Counted from the first letter of the stretch, positions 51,322 through 60,013 are shown. The stretch is DNA of 64,000 nucleotides from Myxococcota bacterium (GCA_022710975.1 JAKLGA010000009.1:45083-109082); one strand, 5' to 3'. Program-made: numbers and translations. Notes: a model not told the origin generated them from the letters alone.

Positions 51322-51330
51322 TTGGTACAA
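51322..51330 (+). promoter_or_regulatory. extended -10 TGGTACAAT, 7 nt upstream of ATG (predicted leaderless transcript)
   Basis: TGGTACAAT GGGGCC ATG. About 100 bp around it is roughly 85% identical to the region at 50284-50390. Confidence 0.4.
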
Positions 51331-51337
51331 TGGGGCC

Positions 51338-52012
51338 ATGGTGATCCGCCACGTGTGGATGGGGCTGGTGCTGGGCCTGGGTGTCCTCGGCCTGAGCTGT
51401 AGTGACCCGGACCGGGGCCCGCTCGGTAGCGAGGTGAGTCCAGTGGCCGCGGACTCTGGTGAGCTACCAGGCAGGGGAGACTCTGACGCGCACATGGTCC
51501 TGCACCGCTATGCCTGGGATCTTGTCGGCAGCTCCACGGACCTCGAGGTCTCGGCGGTGGAGGAAGCTGTCAGGGAAGGTTGCCTTCACATTGGCGCCAG
51601 GTGCAATCTGCCGTTTTTTAGCGATTGTAGAGCCCGCAACTGCGCCGAAGAATCTGATTTCGTATTCTATGTCGCCTGCCTGGGCCTGTTCGCGAATGAT
51701 CGATGGCAGGCGGCCTACGATTGTTTCAGGAAGCTGCCCGCGGAGGGCTGTTTCGCGAGGATCGCCAAGGACAAGATCGCCCGGTGCGTCGAGCAGCTCA
51801 CCAAGTTCCACCGCGCCGAGAGCCTGGCCTACGAGCAGGCGGGGCGGCTCTGGAAGGCTCTGGAGCACGAGTTGACCCTGTTCGAGCTCCACCCCTGCGA
51901 CCCGGAGATCTACGCACGGCTGCGCGGCCTGGAGCAGAGGGTCGAGGTGCCCGCGGGGCGCGAACGGCCGCGCATCGCCTGGGACCAGGCCGCCTGCGGC
52001 AACCCGCCCTGA
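51338..52012 (+). CDS. hypothetical lipoprotein, paralog B (lower-GC islet)
   Basis: 224 aa from MVIRHVWMGLVLGLGVLGLSC. Only the 3' part of track ORF 51146..52012 is used. Shares N-terminus and central motif with paralog A. Confidence 0.6.
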   Translation: MVIRHVWMGLVLGLGVLGLSCSDPDRGPLGSEVSPVAADSGELPGRGDSDAHMVLHRYAWDLVGSSTDLEVSAVEEAVREGCLHIGARCNLPFFSDCRARNCAEESDFVFYVACLGLFANDRWQAAYDCFRKLPAEGCFARIAKDKIARCVEQLTKFHRAESLAYEQAGRLWKALEHELTLFELHPCDPEIYARLRGLEQRVEVPAGRERPRIAWDQAACGNPP

Positions 52013-52060
52013 CCCCGGTCCACAGACCCGTGCAGTGGGCCGTGCCTGCGCTCCGCGGGC

Positions 52061-52116
52061 CTCCTCCGCGCTCGGGCAGTTGAGGAAACTGCCAAACTGC
52101 CCCTCGCGCGGAGGAG
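52061..52116. terminator. imperfect inverted repeat between convergent genes (candidate bidirectional terminator)
   Basis: CTCCTCCGCGC..GGGCAGTT (52061-52081) pairs with AACTGCCCC..GCGCGGAGGAG (52095-52116). Nested GGCAGTT/AACTGCC hairpin and direct repeat AACTGCC x2. No U-tract, so not a canonical intrinsic terminator. Confidence 0.3.
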
Positions 52117-52224
52117 ACCCACTCCGCCTACGGCTGGTGGCATTCGAGGGTTCCGTAGGCATCGGTTGACGCCTCCTGTTTCACCCTCAAAGGGTTTGTA
52201 TTCAGGAAGAACAGGACTGGACGA

Positions 52225-53526
52225 TCACGGCTCGATGCTGAACTCGTCCCAGACCGCGGTGGCGTAGTCGGAGGCAGAGCCTGACACGCCGATCACCTGG
52301 ATGCGCATCCGGCGGCCCTCAACCTCGACGCGCAGGAAGTGGAAGCCGCAGCCGCGGGCCTGGGAGAAGTCGTAGGAGAGCTCTTGCCGCTCGCCGGGCG
52401 CGGGGTCGCAGCCCGAGGGCAGCGGCCCGCCGCCGCCGCCGGAGACGATGTAGTGGACCGCCTGCGCGCCCCAGGGGTAGCTCGCGGGCGGGGGCCGGGC
52501 GCGGGTCGCGGCGCCGTCGTCCGGCACGTAGAAGCGATCGTAGACGTGGGCGTGGCCCGAGAGCACCAGCTCCACGTCGTACTGGTGGAAGAGCGCCCCG
52601 TAGTACCGCCGCACCGGCTCGATGCACTCACCGTCCCCGCTCTCGGCCATGGTGGTCGAGTAGAGCGGGTGGTGCATGAACACCACCACGTGCTCGACCG
52701 TGGGATCCTCGCGGGCCGTGCGCAGGTGCTCCTCCAGCCAGGTGCGGGGCGTGTTCGACCACCAGCGGGTGCCGATCTCGAAGGCGATGAACACGGTGTT
52801 CTGGTGGCGGAAGGTGTAGAAGGTCTTGAACGAGAACCCGCTCGGCACGCTGGTGCCCGAGACGGGGTTCGAGGGATCGGTCGAGTAGCTGGTGGGGTCG
52901 TCCTCGTAGACGGTGGGGAAGGCCTCGGCGTAGCCGGCGCCCCAGACCGCGGGGTTGCGAGTGAAGAGCTGCTCCTCGAGGTAGGCCTTGAAGTCCCACA
53001 CCGCGCCCGAGCCCGCGTCGTGGTTGCCGAGCGCGGGGAAGTAGGGGAGAGCGGCCAGCATGCCCGCGTAGCACTCGACCAGCTTGGCGTACGCCCCGTC
53101 GTCGTAGCCGTGATCCATCTGGTCGCCGGCCTCGAGCACGAAATCCACGTCGGCGGCCAGGATGGCCTCGGGCACGGCCAGGCGCTCGGGCACCCCGGAG
53201 GTGCAGCTCTCGGTGGCGAACTGGTTGTCGGCGAAGGCGGCGAAGCTGAAGCGCGCGGGCGGGGGACCCGGGTCATCCTCGGCCGCGCCCTCGTCCTCGC
53301 CCGCCGCGCCGTCGTCCTCGAGCGCCCCGCCTTCATCCTCCTCGACGGTTCCATCATCCTGCGGAACCCCCGCGTCGTCCTCCGAGGCGCCCCCGTCATC
53401 CTCGGCGCAGCACGCATCCTCGGCGTCCACGTCCGCGTCCGGGGGATCGATGCCCACCTGCCCGGCGTCGCATCCGACCAGGCCGGCCAGCAGCATCATG
53501 GAGCAGAGGATTCGAGCCCAAACCAT
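52225..53526 (-). CDS. calcineurin-like metallophosphoesterase lipoprotein
   Basis: 433 aa from MVWARILCSMMLLAGLVGC (lipobox). Metallophosphoesterase motifs GDQMDHG, GNHD, FMHHPLY, GHAHVYDR. Acidic low-complexity linker after the signal peptide. Confidence 0.8.
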   Translation of the reverse strand: MVWARILCSMMLLAGLVGCDAGQVGIDPPDADVDAEDACCAEDDGGASEDDAGVPQDDGTVEEDEGGALEDDGAAGEDEGAAEDDPGPPPARFSFAAFADNQFATESCTSGVPERLAVPEAILAADVDFVLEAGDQMDHGYDDGAYAKLVECYAGMLAALPYFPALGNHDAGSGAVWDFKAYLEEQLFTRNPAVWGAGYAEAFPTVYEDDPTSYSTDPSNPVSGTSVPSGFSFKTFYTFRHQNTVFIAFEIGTRWWSNTPRTWLEEHLRTAREDPTVEHVVVFMHHPLYSTTMAESGDGECIEPVRRYYGALFHQYDVELVLSGHAHVYDRFYVPDDGAATRARPPPASYPWGAQAVHYIVSGGGGGPLPSGCDPAPGERQELSYDFSQARGCGFHFLRVEVEGRRMRIQVIGVSGSASDYATAVWDEFSIEP

Positions 53527-53532
53527 GGGGCC

Positions 53533-53538
53533 ATTGTA
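53533..53538 (-). promoter_or_regulatory. TACAAT -10-like hexamer 6 nt upstream of ATG (predicted leaderless), minus strand
   Basis: Minus-strand reading gcTACAATggccccATGgtt. Same -10 to ATG spacing as the two lipoprotein paralogs. Confidence 0.35.
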
Positions 53539-53622
53539 GCGCAGATCCCTCGCTTTCCCTCCCCTCCTGTCTTTCACCTTTATGAATTCCTTTCCTGGTT
53601 TTCGGGCTACAGTGGCCCGGCC

Positions 53623-54048
53623 ATGGACGAGCGCGGACAGGTAGAGCAGGAGCGGCGGCCGACCCGGCGGGTCATGCTGAAATACGCCCTGCTGCAGCTT
53701 CCGGGCCTGGGGCTGCTCGCGGGCGGGCTGGTGTGGCTCCAGCAGGCCTACGCGCTGAGCGCCTGGTTCGTGGTCCTGCCCTGCCTGGTGTGGGTGGCCA
53801 AGGACGCGCTGCTCTTCCCCTGGCTGTGGCGCGCCTTCGACGACCGCCCCTCGGCGCGCACCCCCGAGCCCCTCGAGCTGGTCGGCGTGGTCACCGCGGG
53901 CGGCCAGGTGCGGGTGCGGGGCGAGCTGTGGCGGGCCGAGCCCGTGGCCGGCGGTCCGCCGCTCCAGGCCGGCCAGCGCGTGCGCGTGCGCCGGGCCCGC
54001 GGCCTCACCCTGTTCGTGGAGGCGGAGGGCGAGGAGCCCCCGCCGTGA
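53623..54048 (+). CDS. NfeD-like small membrane protein (C-terminal OB-fold)
   Basis: 141 aa. Two hydrophobic helices (LLQLPGLGLLAGGLVWL, WFVVLPCLVWVA) followed by a beta-rich C-terminus (VTAGGQVRVRGELWRAEP...GQRVRVRRARGLTLFVEA). Only the 3' part of track ORF 52339..54048 is real. Confidence 0.55.
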   Translation: MDERGQVEQERRPTRRVMLKYALLQLPGLGLLAGGLVWLQQAYALSAWFVVLPCLVWVAKDALLFPWLWRAFDDRPSARTPEPLELVGVVTAGGQVRVRGELWRAEPVAGGPPLQAGQRVRVRRARGLTLFVEAEGEEPPP

Positions 54049-54736
54049 GCCGGGGCGCGACCTCGAGCAGCGCGGCCCGCACTGCGGCGGCCTTCTGCTC
54101 GAGGCTCAGCCAGGGCTCGCGCGAGAGCTCGAGCTGCACCCAGGGGATGCCGCCTGGCCGGGAGCGGGTGATGTGGCCGCCGGGGAACGGCCGGTTGAGC
54201 GCGACCCGGGTCCCCAGGTGGCGCCCCAGGGCCTCGGCCATGAGCCGCAGCCAGTTCCCGGGCAGCGTCACCCCGCCGTTCCCCAGGCAGGCGCGCGGCC
54301 GCCGCTGGCCCGGCCTGGGCCCGACTGGCGGGGCCTCGGCCGCCATGGTGTGGCAGTCGAGCCCGAGCGCGGCCCGCGGCGCGAGGGACGCCAGCCGCGC
54401 GTGGTAGGGCGCGTGGTAGGCGGCGAGCAGCAGGGCGCGGAGCGCGTCCGGGAGCGGCGCGCGGAACACCGGTTTCTTCCAGAAGGTGTGGCCCTTGATG
54501 GCCCCGATGGGGCGGCGGTCGGTGGCGGCCCGGTTCACGTCCACGATCGCCCGCGCGATGGGCGTGCTGACGAGCTCCACGGCCAGCTCCGCCAGCGGGG
54601 TGTAGATCTCGGCCGCGCCCTCGTCGCTGTCCTGCCGCAGCTCCTCCGGCCCGATGGCCAGGAGCCCGGCCACCTCGGGCGGCACCTCGAGCCCGGCGTG
54701 GGGCAGGGACACCAGGATGGGCAGGCGCGCGGCCAC
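54005..54736 (-). CDS. N-formylglutamate amidohydrolase family protein
   Basis: Protein-like C-terminal 240 aa (PILVSLPHAGLEVPPEV...IVDVNRAATDRRPIGAIKGHTFWKKP...). Start proposed at GTG 54736 with a GAGGGGA Shine-Dalgarno. The 5' part of track ORF 54005..55237 is low-complexity and rejected. Convergent 44-nt overlap with the NfeD-like gene. Confidence 0.55.
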   Translation of the reverse strand: MAARLPILVSLPHAGLEVPPEVAGLLAIGPEELRQDSDEGAAEIYTPLAELAVELVSTPIARAIVDVNRAATDRRPIGAIKGHTFWKKPVFRAPLPDALRALLLAAYHAPYHARLASLAPRAALGLDCHTMAAEAPPVGPRPGQRRPRACLGNGGVTLPGNWLRLMAEALGRHLGTRVALNRPFPGGHITRSRPGGIPWVQLELSREPWLSLEQKAAAVRAALLEVAPRLTAGAPRPPPPRTG

Positions 54737-54744
54737 GCTTCCCC

Positions 54745-55326
54745 TCAGGGGCAGAGCAGCAGCAGCCGGGCCAGCACCTCGGCCTGCTGGTCGAGCCAGG
54801 CGCGGTCCATGAGCTGCAGCACGTGCGGCCGGTAGCGGCCCGACAGCCCGGCGCCCTCCTGGAAGTCCAGGCGCGCGAGCAGCCCCCAGGGCAGGCGCGG
54901 CAGCTCCTCCTCGAGCTCGGCGGCGCGCTTCAGCAGCTCGCGCGCGGCGGGGTGGTGGGCGGCGGTGGGGCACAGGAAGGTGTACTGCGAGCGCAGGCTG
55001 GGCGACTCCGGGCGCAGGCCGGACAGCCAGGGCAGCCAGTCGAAGAACCCGCGCGGGCGCAGCTTGAGGTCGAAGGCCACCTGCTTGGATGACAGGAACA
55101 GCTCGGCCCCCGGCAGGTCGGGCGGGGGCGGGTCGGTCTGGAACTGGACGAGCAGCGGCCGGCCCTGCCAGGCGGTCTCCAGCGTCGCCTGGTCGCACTC
55201 CACCGTCTGGCTGTGGTTCCCGCCGCCCCGCACCCACTCGTAGGTGCGCTCGCTCAGCCTGGAGCCGGGCAGCTGCTGGCCGAGCCGGTAGAGCACGTCG
55301 AAGATCGCAGTACGGATGTCGCCCAC
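54745..55326 (-). CDS. hypothetical protein (hidden in the 3' end of a long artefactual ORF)
   Basis: Last 193 codons of track ORF 54745..57951 have protein-like composition (ERTYEWVRGGGNHSQTVECDQATLETAWQGRPLLVQFQTD...FFDWLPWLSG...). GTG at 55326 preceded by AGGAGG at 5 nt. Lies just downstream of the GH31 stop (55335). Confidence 0.4.
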   Translation of the reverse strand: MGDIRTAIFDVLYRLGQQLPGSRLSERTYEWVRGGGNHSQTVECDQATLETAWQGRPLLVQFQTDPPPPDLPGAELFLSSKQVAFDLKLRPRGFFDWLPWLSGLRPESPSLRSQYTFLCPTAAHHPAARELLKRAAELEEELPRLPWGLLARLDFQEGAGLSGRYRPHVLQLMDRAWLDQQAEVLARLLLLCP

Positions 55327-55334
55327 GCGGCCTC

Positions 55335-57842
55335 CTAGGGGACGACCTCGATGCGCTGCTCGCCCGGGCCCACCTTGACGAACAGGCTGCCGCCGGTCTC
55401 GGCGGTGAGCGTCCAGCCCGCCCCGGCGGCCTCGAGCTCGGCCAGGCTCGGCAGCCTGGGGAGCGCCTGGCCCTGGGCCAGGACCCGGGCGGGCGGGGTG
55501 TGCCCGAAGGCCACCACCTCGAACACCGCGCCCAGGGTGAAGTCCGTGCCCGGGCGGAGGGTCAGCACCAGGCCGGCCCCGTCTGGCGCCTGGCCGAGCA
55601 GGGTGCCGTCGAAGAGCTCGAGCTGGGTCTCGGGCCCCGGGGCCACCCGCGGCCACAGCAGGCCCGGGGAGCTCGCGTAGGAGTCCACCTGCGCGGCCCG
55701 GGTGGTGGGCGCGATGGCGTCGATGGTCGGCCGGAGCAGCGGCACCACGGCCCCGGCCCGCAGGTAGAGCGGTAGCTTCTCCAGCGGGGCGGCGATCGTC
55801 TCCCGGCCCGGCCCGGCGTGGGCCGAGCCGTCCCACCAGTCGATCCACCCGCCCGCGGGGAAGATCACCTCGCGCTCGCGCACCCCGCGGTCGAGCACCG
55901 GCGCGACCAGCAGGTGGTCGCCGAAGAAGTACTGGTCGTCCGGGTGCTCGCCCTGGGCCGGCTCCTGGAGCCCGAACGGGCGCTGCAGGGGCCGCCCGTC
56001 CACGGCCAGGCGCCGGGCCAGCGTCCAGGCGTAGGCCCACAGCCGCAGGTGCAGCCGGGTGTAGGTCCGGTACCAGCCGAGCATCTCCTCGTCGTAGCCC
56101 GTGGCCGCGTCGGGCTCCCAGGCCACGGTGTTCGCGCTGTTGCCGATCTGCATCACCGAGGACAGCGCGGTCTGCTCGAACCAGCGGGTGAAGGTCTCCT
56201 TGTCCGGCGGGGAGTGGCGGTAGCCGCCCGTGTCCGCGCCGTAGAAGGGGAAACCCGAGGGCCCGAGCGTCAGCCCGTAGAACATGGAGGCGGCCAGCCC
56301 GCCCACGGCCACGTAGGTCTCGCCGTCCTTGCTGACCTGCTGGCCGTGCCGCACGAGATCCGCGTCCAGATCGCCCGGCCAGATCACGCTCACGTTCACC
56401 TGGTCGCCCCACTTGCCCGCGCGGCCCAGCAGGAAGCCGCCCGTGGCGGGCAGGGTCTCGGCGTACACCTGGTGGTAGAGCTTGGCGTAGTGGTGGTGCA
56501 TGCTGCGCTCGTCGCGCCCGTCGTGGAAGCGCCACACGTTGCGCGCGCCCGGCACGCCCGGCACCACGTCCTCGGCGTAGTCCAGCTTGAAGCCCTCGAT
56601 GCCCATGTCCGTGTAGCGCCGGATCAGCCCCTGCCACCAGGCGAAGGCGGCCGGGTTGGTGAGGTCGACGGGTTTCCCCCAGTGGTTGAGCAGCAGCCCG
56701 GTCTGGGGCGGGTAGTAGCCCTGCGCCTCCGCCTCGCCCCGCAGCGCGTCGCAGGCCGGGTCCTGGCTGTCTAGGTAGGGCGTGTGCCACAGCGCCACCC
56801 GGTAGCCGAGCTCGTGCGCCTCGGCGATCATCCCGGCCGGGTCGGGGAAGCGGGCGGCCTCGAAGTCGAAGGTGTTCACCCCGCTGGCGTACGGCCGATC
56901 GACCCAGGCCGCGGTGCAGGGCAAGTCGAGGTCGCGCATGGCCTGCAGGTCGGCGACGAACTCGGCCTGATCCGCGTTCTCGTCGCGCCACAGCCAGGGG
57001 CCCAGCGCCCAGGGCGCGGGCAGGCTGGGGTCGCCGGTCGCGTCGAAGTAGCGCCGGGTGAGGTCCAGCGGGTGCTCGGCGCCGAACAGGTGGAAGACCA
57101 GTCCCTGCGCCGTGGCCGGGCCCGTCCCGAAGAGCACGTCCAGGCGATCGGCGGCGGCCGCCGCCGCGTCGATCACCCCCGGGGCGTCGCTCTCCACGAA
57201 CAGCGCCCAGCCGCGCGTGCCCAGCACCAGGGGCACCGGCACGTGGGCCTCGTTGTAGCCGCTCTCGAGCTGCGGGTCCATCTCGAGCTGCATGGCGCGC
57301 ACGGCCCCGCGCTGGTTCACCTGGTCCTCGTGGGCGCCCAGGCCGTACAGCCCCTCCTGGGGGTCGAGGCGCGGGCGCAGGCGCACGTAGGCCAGCGCGT
57401 CGCCGCCGGGCTCGGGCACCAGGCTCAGGCGGAAGCGGCCCTCGGCCACGGCCTCGACGCGCAGCAGGGCCGCGACCCGCGGCCCGAACAGCAGGCGCAC
57501 GCCCAGGGCCTGAGCCGAGCGCTCGACCACCTCCCCCGAGGTGACGCTCAGCCAGCGCAGGCCGAGGGGCGGGTGGAACACGAACACCGGGTCCGGCACC
57601 AGGATGGGGTGGGGGTCGTAGTTGAAGTCCTCCTCGAGGGCGTCCACCCGCCCGAGCTGGAGTCCGTCCGCGGGCAGGTCGAGCAGCAGCTCGTCCCCTC
57701 GCTGGAGGCGTAGGCCGGGGCCCGCCTCGTCCCAGGCGACGCTCCAGGCGCCTGCCTCCACGCGGGGTTCGGCCGAGCCGCCGCCGCAGGCGGTCGCCAG
57801 CGCGAGCAGCGGGCACAGGCAGGGGAGGAGGCGCGTCGCCAT
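55335..57842 (-). CDS. glycoside hydrolase family 31 (alpha-glucosidase/alpha-xylosidase-like) lipoprotein
   Basis: 835 aa. Lipobox LLALATACGGG. GH31-type catalytic region GIEGFKLDYAED and WPGDLDAD. Confidence 0.88.
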   Translation of the reverse strand: MATRLLPCLCPLLALATACGGGSAEPRVEAGAWSVAWDEAGPGLRLQRGDELLLDLPADGLQLGRVDALEEDFNYDPHPILVPDPVFVFHPPLGLRWLSVTSGEVVERSAQALGVRLLFGPRVAALLRVEAVAEGRFRLSLVPEPGGDALAYVRLRPRLDPQEGLYGLGAHEDQVNQRGAVRAMQLEMDPQLESGYNEAHVPVPLVLGTRGWALFVESDAPGVIDAAAAAADRLDVLFGTGPATAQGLVFHLFGAEHPLDLTRRYFDATGDPSLPAPWALGPWLWRDENADQAEFVADLQAMRDLDLPCTAAWVDRPYASGVNTFDFEAARFPDPAGMIAEAHELGYRVALWHTPYLDSQDPACDALRGEAEAQGYYPPQTGLLLNHWGKPVDLTNPAAFAWWQGLIRRYTDMGIEGFKLDYAEDVVPGVPGARNVWRFHDGRDERSMHHHYAKLYHQVYAETLPATGGFLLGRAGKWGDQVNVSVIWPGDLDADLVRHGQQVSKDGETYVAVGGLAASMFYGLTLGPSGFPFYGADTGGYRHSPPDKETFTRWFEQTALSSVMQIGNSANTVAWEPDAATGYDEEMLGWYRTYTRLHLRLWAYAWTLARRLAVDGRPLQRPFGLQEPAQGEHPDDQYFFGDHLLVAPVLDRGVREREVIFPAGGWIDWWDGSAHAGPGRETIAAPLEKLPLYLRAGAVVPLLRPTIDAIAPTTRAAQVDSYASSPGLLWPRVAPGPETQLELFDGTLLGQAPDGAGLVLTLRPGTDFTLGAVFEVVAFGHTPPARVLAQGQALPRLPSLAELEAAGAGWTLTAETGGSLFVKVGPGEQRIEVVP

Positions 57843-57946
57843 GGGCTGGACCTCGCGAGGGTTCGGGCTCCCAGGCAGTCTCCCCGAGGTGGCGCCCCCG
57901 CGTCAACGGCCCTCCCGCGGGAGCGACCTCTTTCCAGTTGCTATTC

Positions 57947-57960
57947 ACCAACCGGTTGGT
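57947..57960. promoter_or_regulatory. perfect 14-bp palindrome ACCAACCGGTTGGT (candidate operator)
   Basis: Exact inverted repeat in the divergent intergenic region, 40 nt upstream of the plsC-like ATG (58000). Confidence 0.35.
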
Positions 57961-57999
57961 CTACAAACCAGGCGGTTGAACGTCCGGGGAGGGACCGAC

Positions 58000-58758
58000 A
58001 TGCCCAAGCTTTCCGACACATTGCGAGAAGCTTTCTCGACCGGGTTCACCGCCGCCTGGACCACGATGTGCTTCTTCATGGTGACCATCCCGCTGCCGCT
58101 CTCACCGAAGGGCGCCTTCTCGCAGTGGATCGTGCGGCGCATCTGGGCGCCTGGCCTGCTCAAGGGCAGTGGCATCGAGGTGGTCGCCACCGGCCAGGAG
58201 CGCCTGGATCCCCGGGGCGCCTACATCTTCATGAGCAACCACCAGAGCCTGGCCGACGTACCGGTGATCTTCGACTGCCTGCCGCACAACCTCCGCTTCG
58301 TGGCCAAGAAGGAGCTGCTGTACGTGCCCTTCTTCGGCCTGTACCTGTACCTGGCAGGCTACCCGCTGATCGATCGGCGCAACCGCCGCGAGGCCATCCG
58401 CTCCCTGCAGCACGCCGGCGAGCTCATCCGCTCTGGGATTCCGGTGGTCAGCTTCCCCGAGGGCACCCGCACCCGGGACGGGAACGTGGGCCCGTTCAAG
58501 AAGGGCGCGTTCGTGCTGGCGCTCGAGGCCCGGGTGCCGATCGTGCCCGTGGCGATCAGCGGCTCGGACCGCCTCATGCGGCGCGGCAGGCTGGCCGCGC
58601 GGCCCGGCACCGTGCGGGTGCACTTCGGCGCGCCCATGGACCTGTCCGGCTACGCCCCCGGCGATCGTGATAGGCTGATGGCCGACGTCCGCGAGGTCAT
58701 CATCGCCCAGAAGGAGCGGCTCGACCGCGAGGCGGAGGCGGCCGGCGAGCGCGCCTAG
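58000..58758 (+). CDS. plsC: 1-acyl-sn-glycerol-3-phosphate acyltransferase (PlsC/LPAAT family)
   Basis: 252 aa from MPKLSD. Acyltransferase motifs NHQSLADV (NHxxxxD) and FPEGTR. N-terminal TM anchor. Confidence 0.85.
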   Translation: MPKLSDTLREAFSTGFTAAWTTMCFFMVTIPLPLSPKGAFSQWIVRRIWAPGLLKGSGIEVVATGQERLDPRGAYIFMSNHQSLADVPVIFDCLPHNLRFVAKKELLYVPFFGLYLYLAGYPLIDRRNRREAIRSLQHAGELIRSGIPVVSFPEGTRTRDGNVGPFKKGAFVLALEARVPIVPVAISGSDRLMRRGRLAARPGTVRVHFGAPMDLSGYAPGDRDRLMADVREVIIAQKERLDREAEAAGERA

Positions 58759-58777
58759 ACGGACCGGAGGTGCTGGC

Positions 58778-60013
58778 ATGTTCAGCTGCGAGGGCTGTGG
58801 GCAGGACATCCCCGAGCAGGCCGTCCATTGCCCCTACTGCGGGGCGCAGTGCGGCGACGGCCCCGCCGATCCGTCCAGCATCTTCACCCAGCCTCGCAAG
58901 GGCCTGCTGTGCCCGGGCTGTGGCCAGCGCACGCTCCAGGAGGGCGACTACTGCATGTGGTGCGGCTTCCGCCTGGACTCGCTGGCCGAGACCACCGACG
59001 GCGGGGGCACCCCTGCGCTGGACCAGGTCACCGAGGTGCAGGGCCGGGTGCTCGACGGCACCCACAAGGCCCGCCCCGCGGGCGGCGGCAACACCAAGGC
59101 CGTGCTGGTGGCCGTCATCCTGGGGCTGTCCATCGCTCTGGTGGTGGTCCTGCTGATGCTGCTCGCCGCCCAGCGCAGCCTGGCGAGCCTGACCGCGCAG
59201 GCCTCGGCCCAGGCCGAGGCCCAGGACGATCTCGGGCCGGCGGAGGCGCGCTACCTGGAGGCGATGGACTATACCGAGCAGGGCCGCTGGGAGGACGCCG
59301 CGGTCATGCTGCGGGCGGCGCTGCTGGCCGACCCGCGCCACGCGGCCGCCCGCGCCAAGCTGGAGGAGGTCGAGCTCCAGGCCCAGGTGGCGGGCAACGC
59401 GCGCCTGGCGAAGGACGATCTGGAGGCCAAGGACTTCGACGGCGCCCTGCAGGCGGTGAACAGGCTCCCGCCCGACGCGCTGGAGAAGGATCCCGAGCTG
59501 CTCAAGCTGCGCGCCCGGGTGCGCGACGAGTACCGCAAACACCACCTGAGCGAGGCCAGCCTGGCGGAGCAGGGCGCCGACCTCCAGTCGGCCGAGGCGC
59601 ACCTGCTGTCCGTGCTGGCGGTCGAGCCGGACGACGCCATGGTCAAGGCGAAGGTGGACGAGCTGCGCGAGAAGCTGACCAAGGCGAAGCGCCAGGCCCC
59701 GGCCAAGGCCTCCGCCGCCGATCTGGCCGAGCTCGCGCCGGATCTCAGCGCCGAGCAGCTCGTGCGGAAGGCCAACGAGGCCTGCCAGCAGGGCCGCCAC
59801 ACGCTGGCCGTCGAGAGCCTGCAGCGGGCCCGCAAGCTCGAGCCCGACGAGCCCGAGTACGTGCGGTTGCTCGCCAACGTGTACGCCCTGCAGGGCAACC
59901 GCGCCGAGGCCTTCCGGCTGTACAAGCGCTACCTGGAGCTGTGCCCGAACTGCGTGTACACGCAGACCGTGCGCAGCACCATCCGCGGCTTCGAGGATCT
60001 CGGTCAGCCGTGA
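58778..60013 (+). CDS. zinc-ribbon domain plus TPR-like membrane-anchored protein
   Basis: Two CxxC...CxxC pairs (CEGCG...CPYCG, CPGCG...CMWCG). One TM helix (AVLVAVILGLSIALVVVLLMLLAA). C-terminal helical TPR-like repeats. The overlapping ORF 58828..60069 is Arg/Gly/Pro-rich and rejected. Confidence 0.65.
   Translation: MFSCEGCGQDIPEQAVHCPYCGAQCGDGPADPSSIFTQPRKGLLCPGCGQRTLQEGDYCMWCGFRLDSLAETTDGGGTPALDQVTEVQGRVLDGTHKARPAGGGNTKAVLVAVILGLSIALVVVLLMLLAAQRSLASLTAQASAQAEAQDDLGPAEARYLEAMDYTEQGRWEDAAVMLRAALLADPRHAAARAKLEEVELQAQVAGNARLAKDDLEAKDFDGALQAVNRLPPDALEKDPELLKLRARVRDEYRKHHLSEASLAEQGADLQSAEAHLLSVLAVEPDDAMVKAKVDELREKLTKAKRQAPAKASAADLAELAPDLSAEQLVRKANEACQQGRHTLAVESLQRARKLEPDEPEYVRLLANVYALQGNRAEAFRLYKRYLELCPNCVYTQTVRSTIRGFEDLGQP

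Noticed and set aside
54745-57951. 1068-codon minus-strand ORF treated as one gene
   Set aside because: Most of it overlaps the GH31 gene out of frame and is Arg/Gly/Pro-rich. Only the 3' 193 codons are retained as a tentative separate gene.
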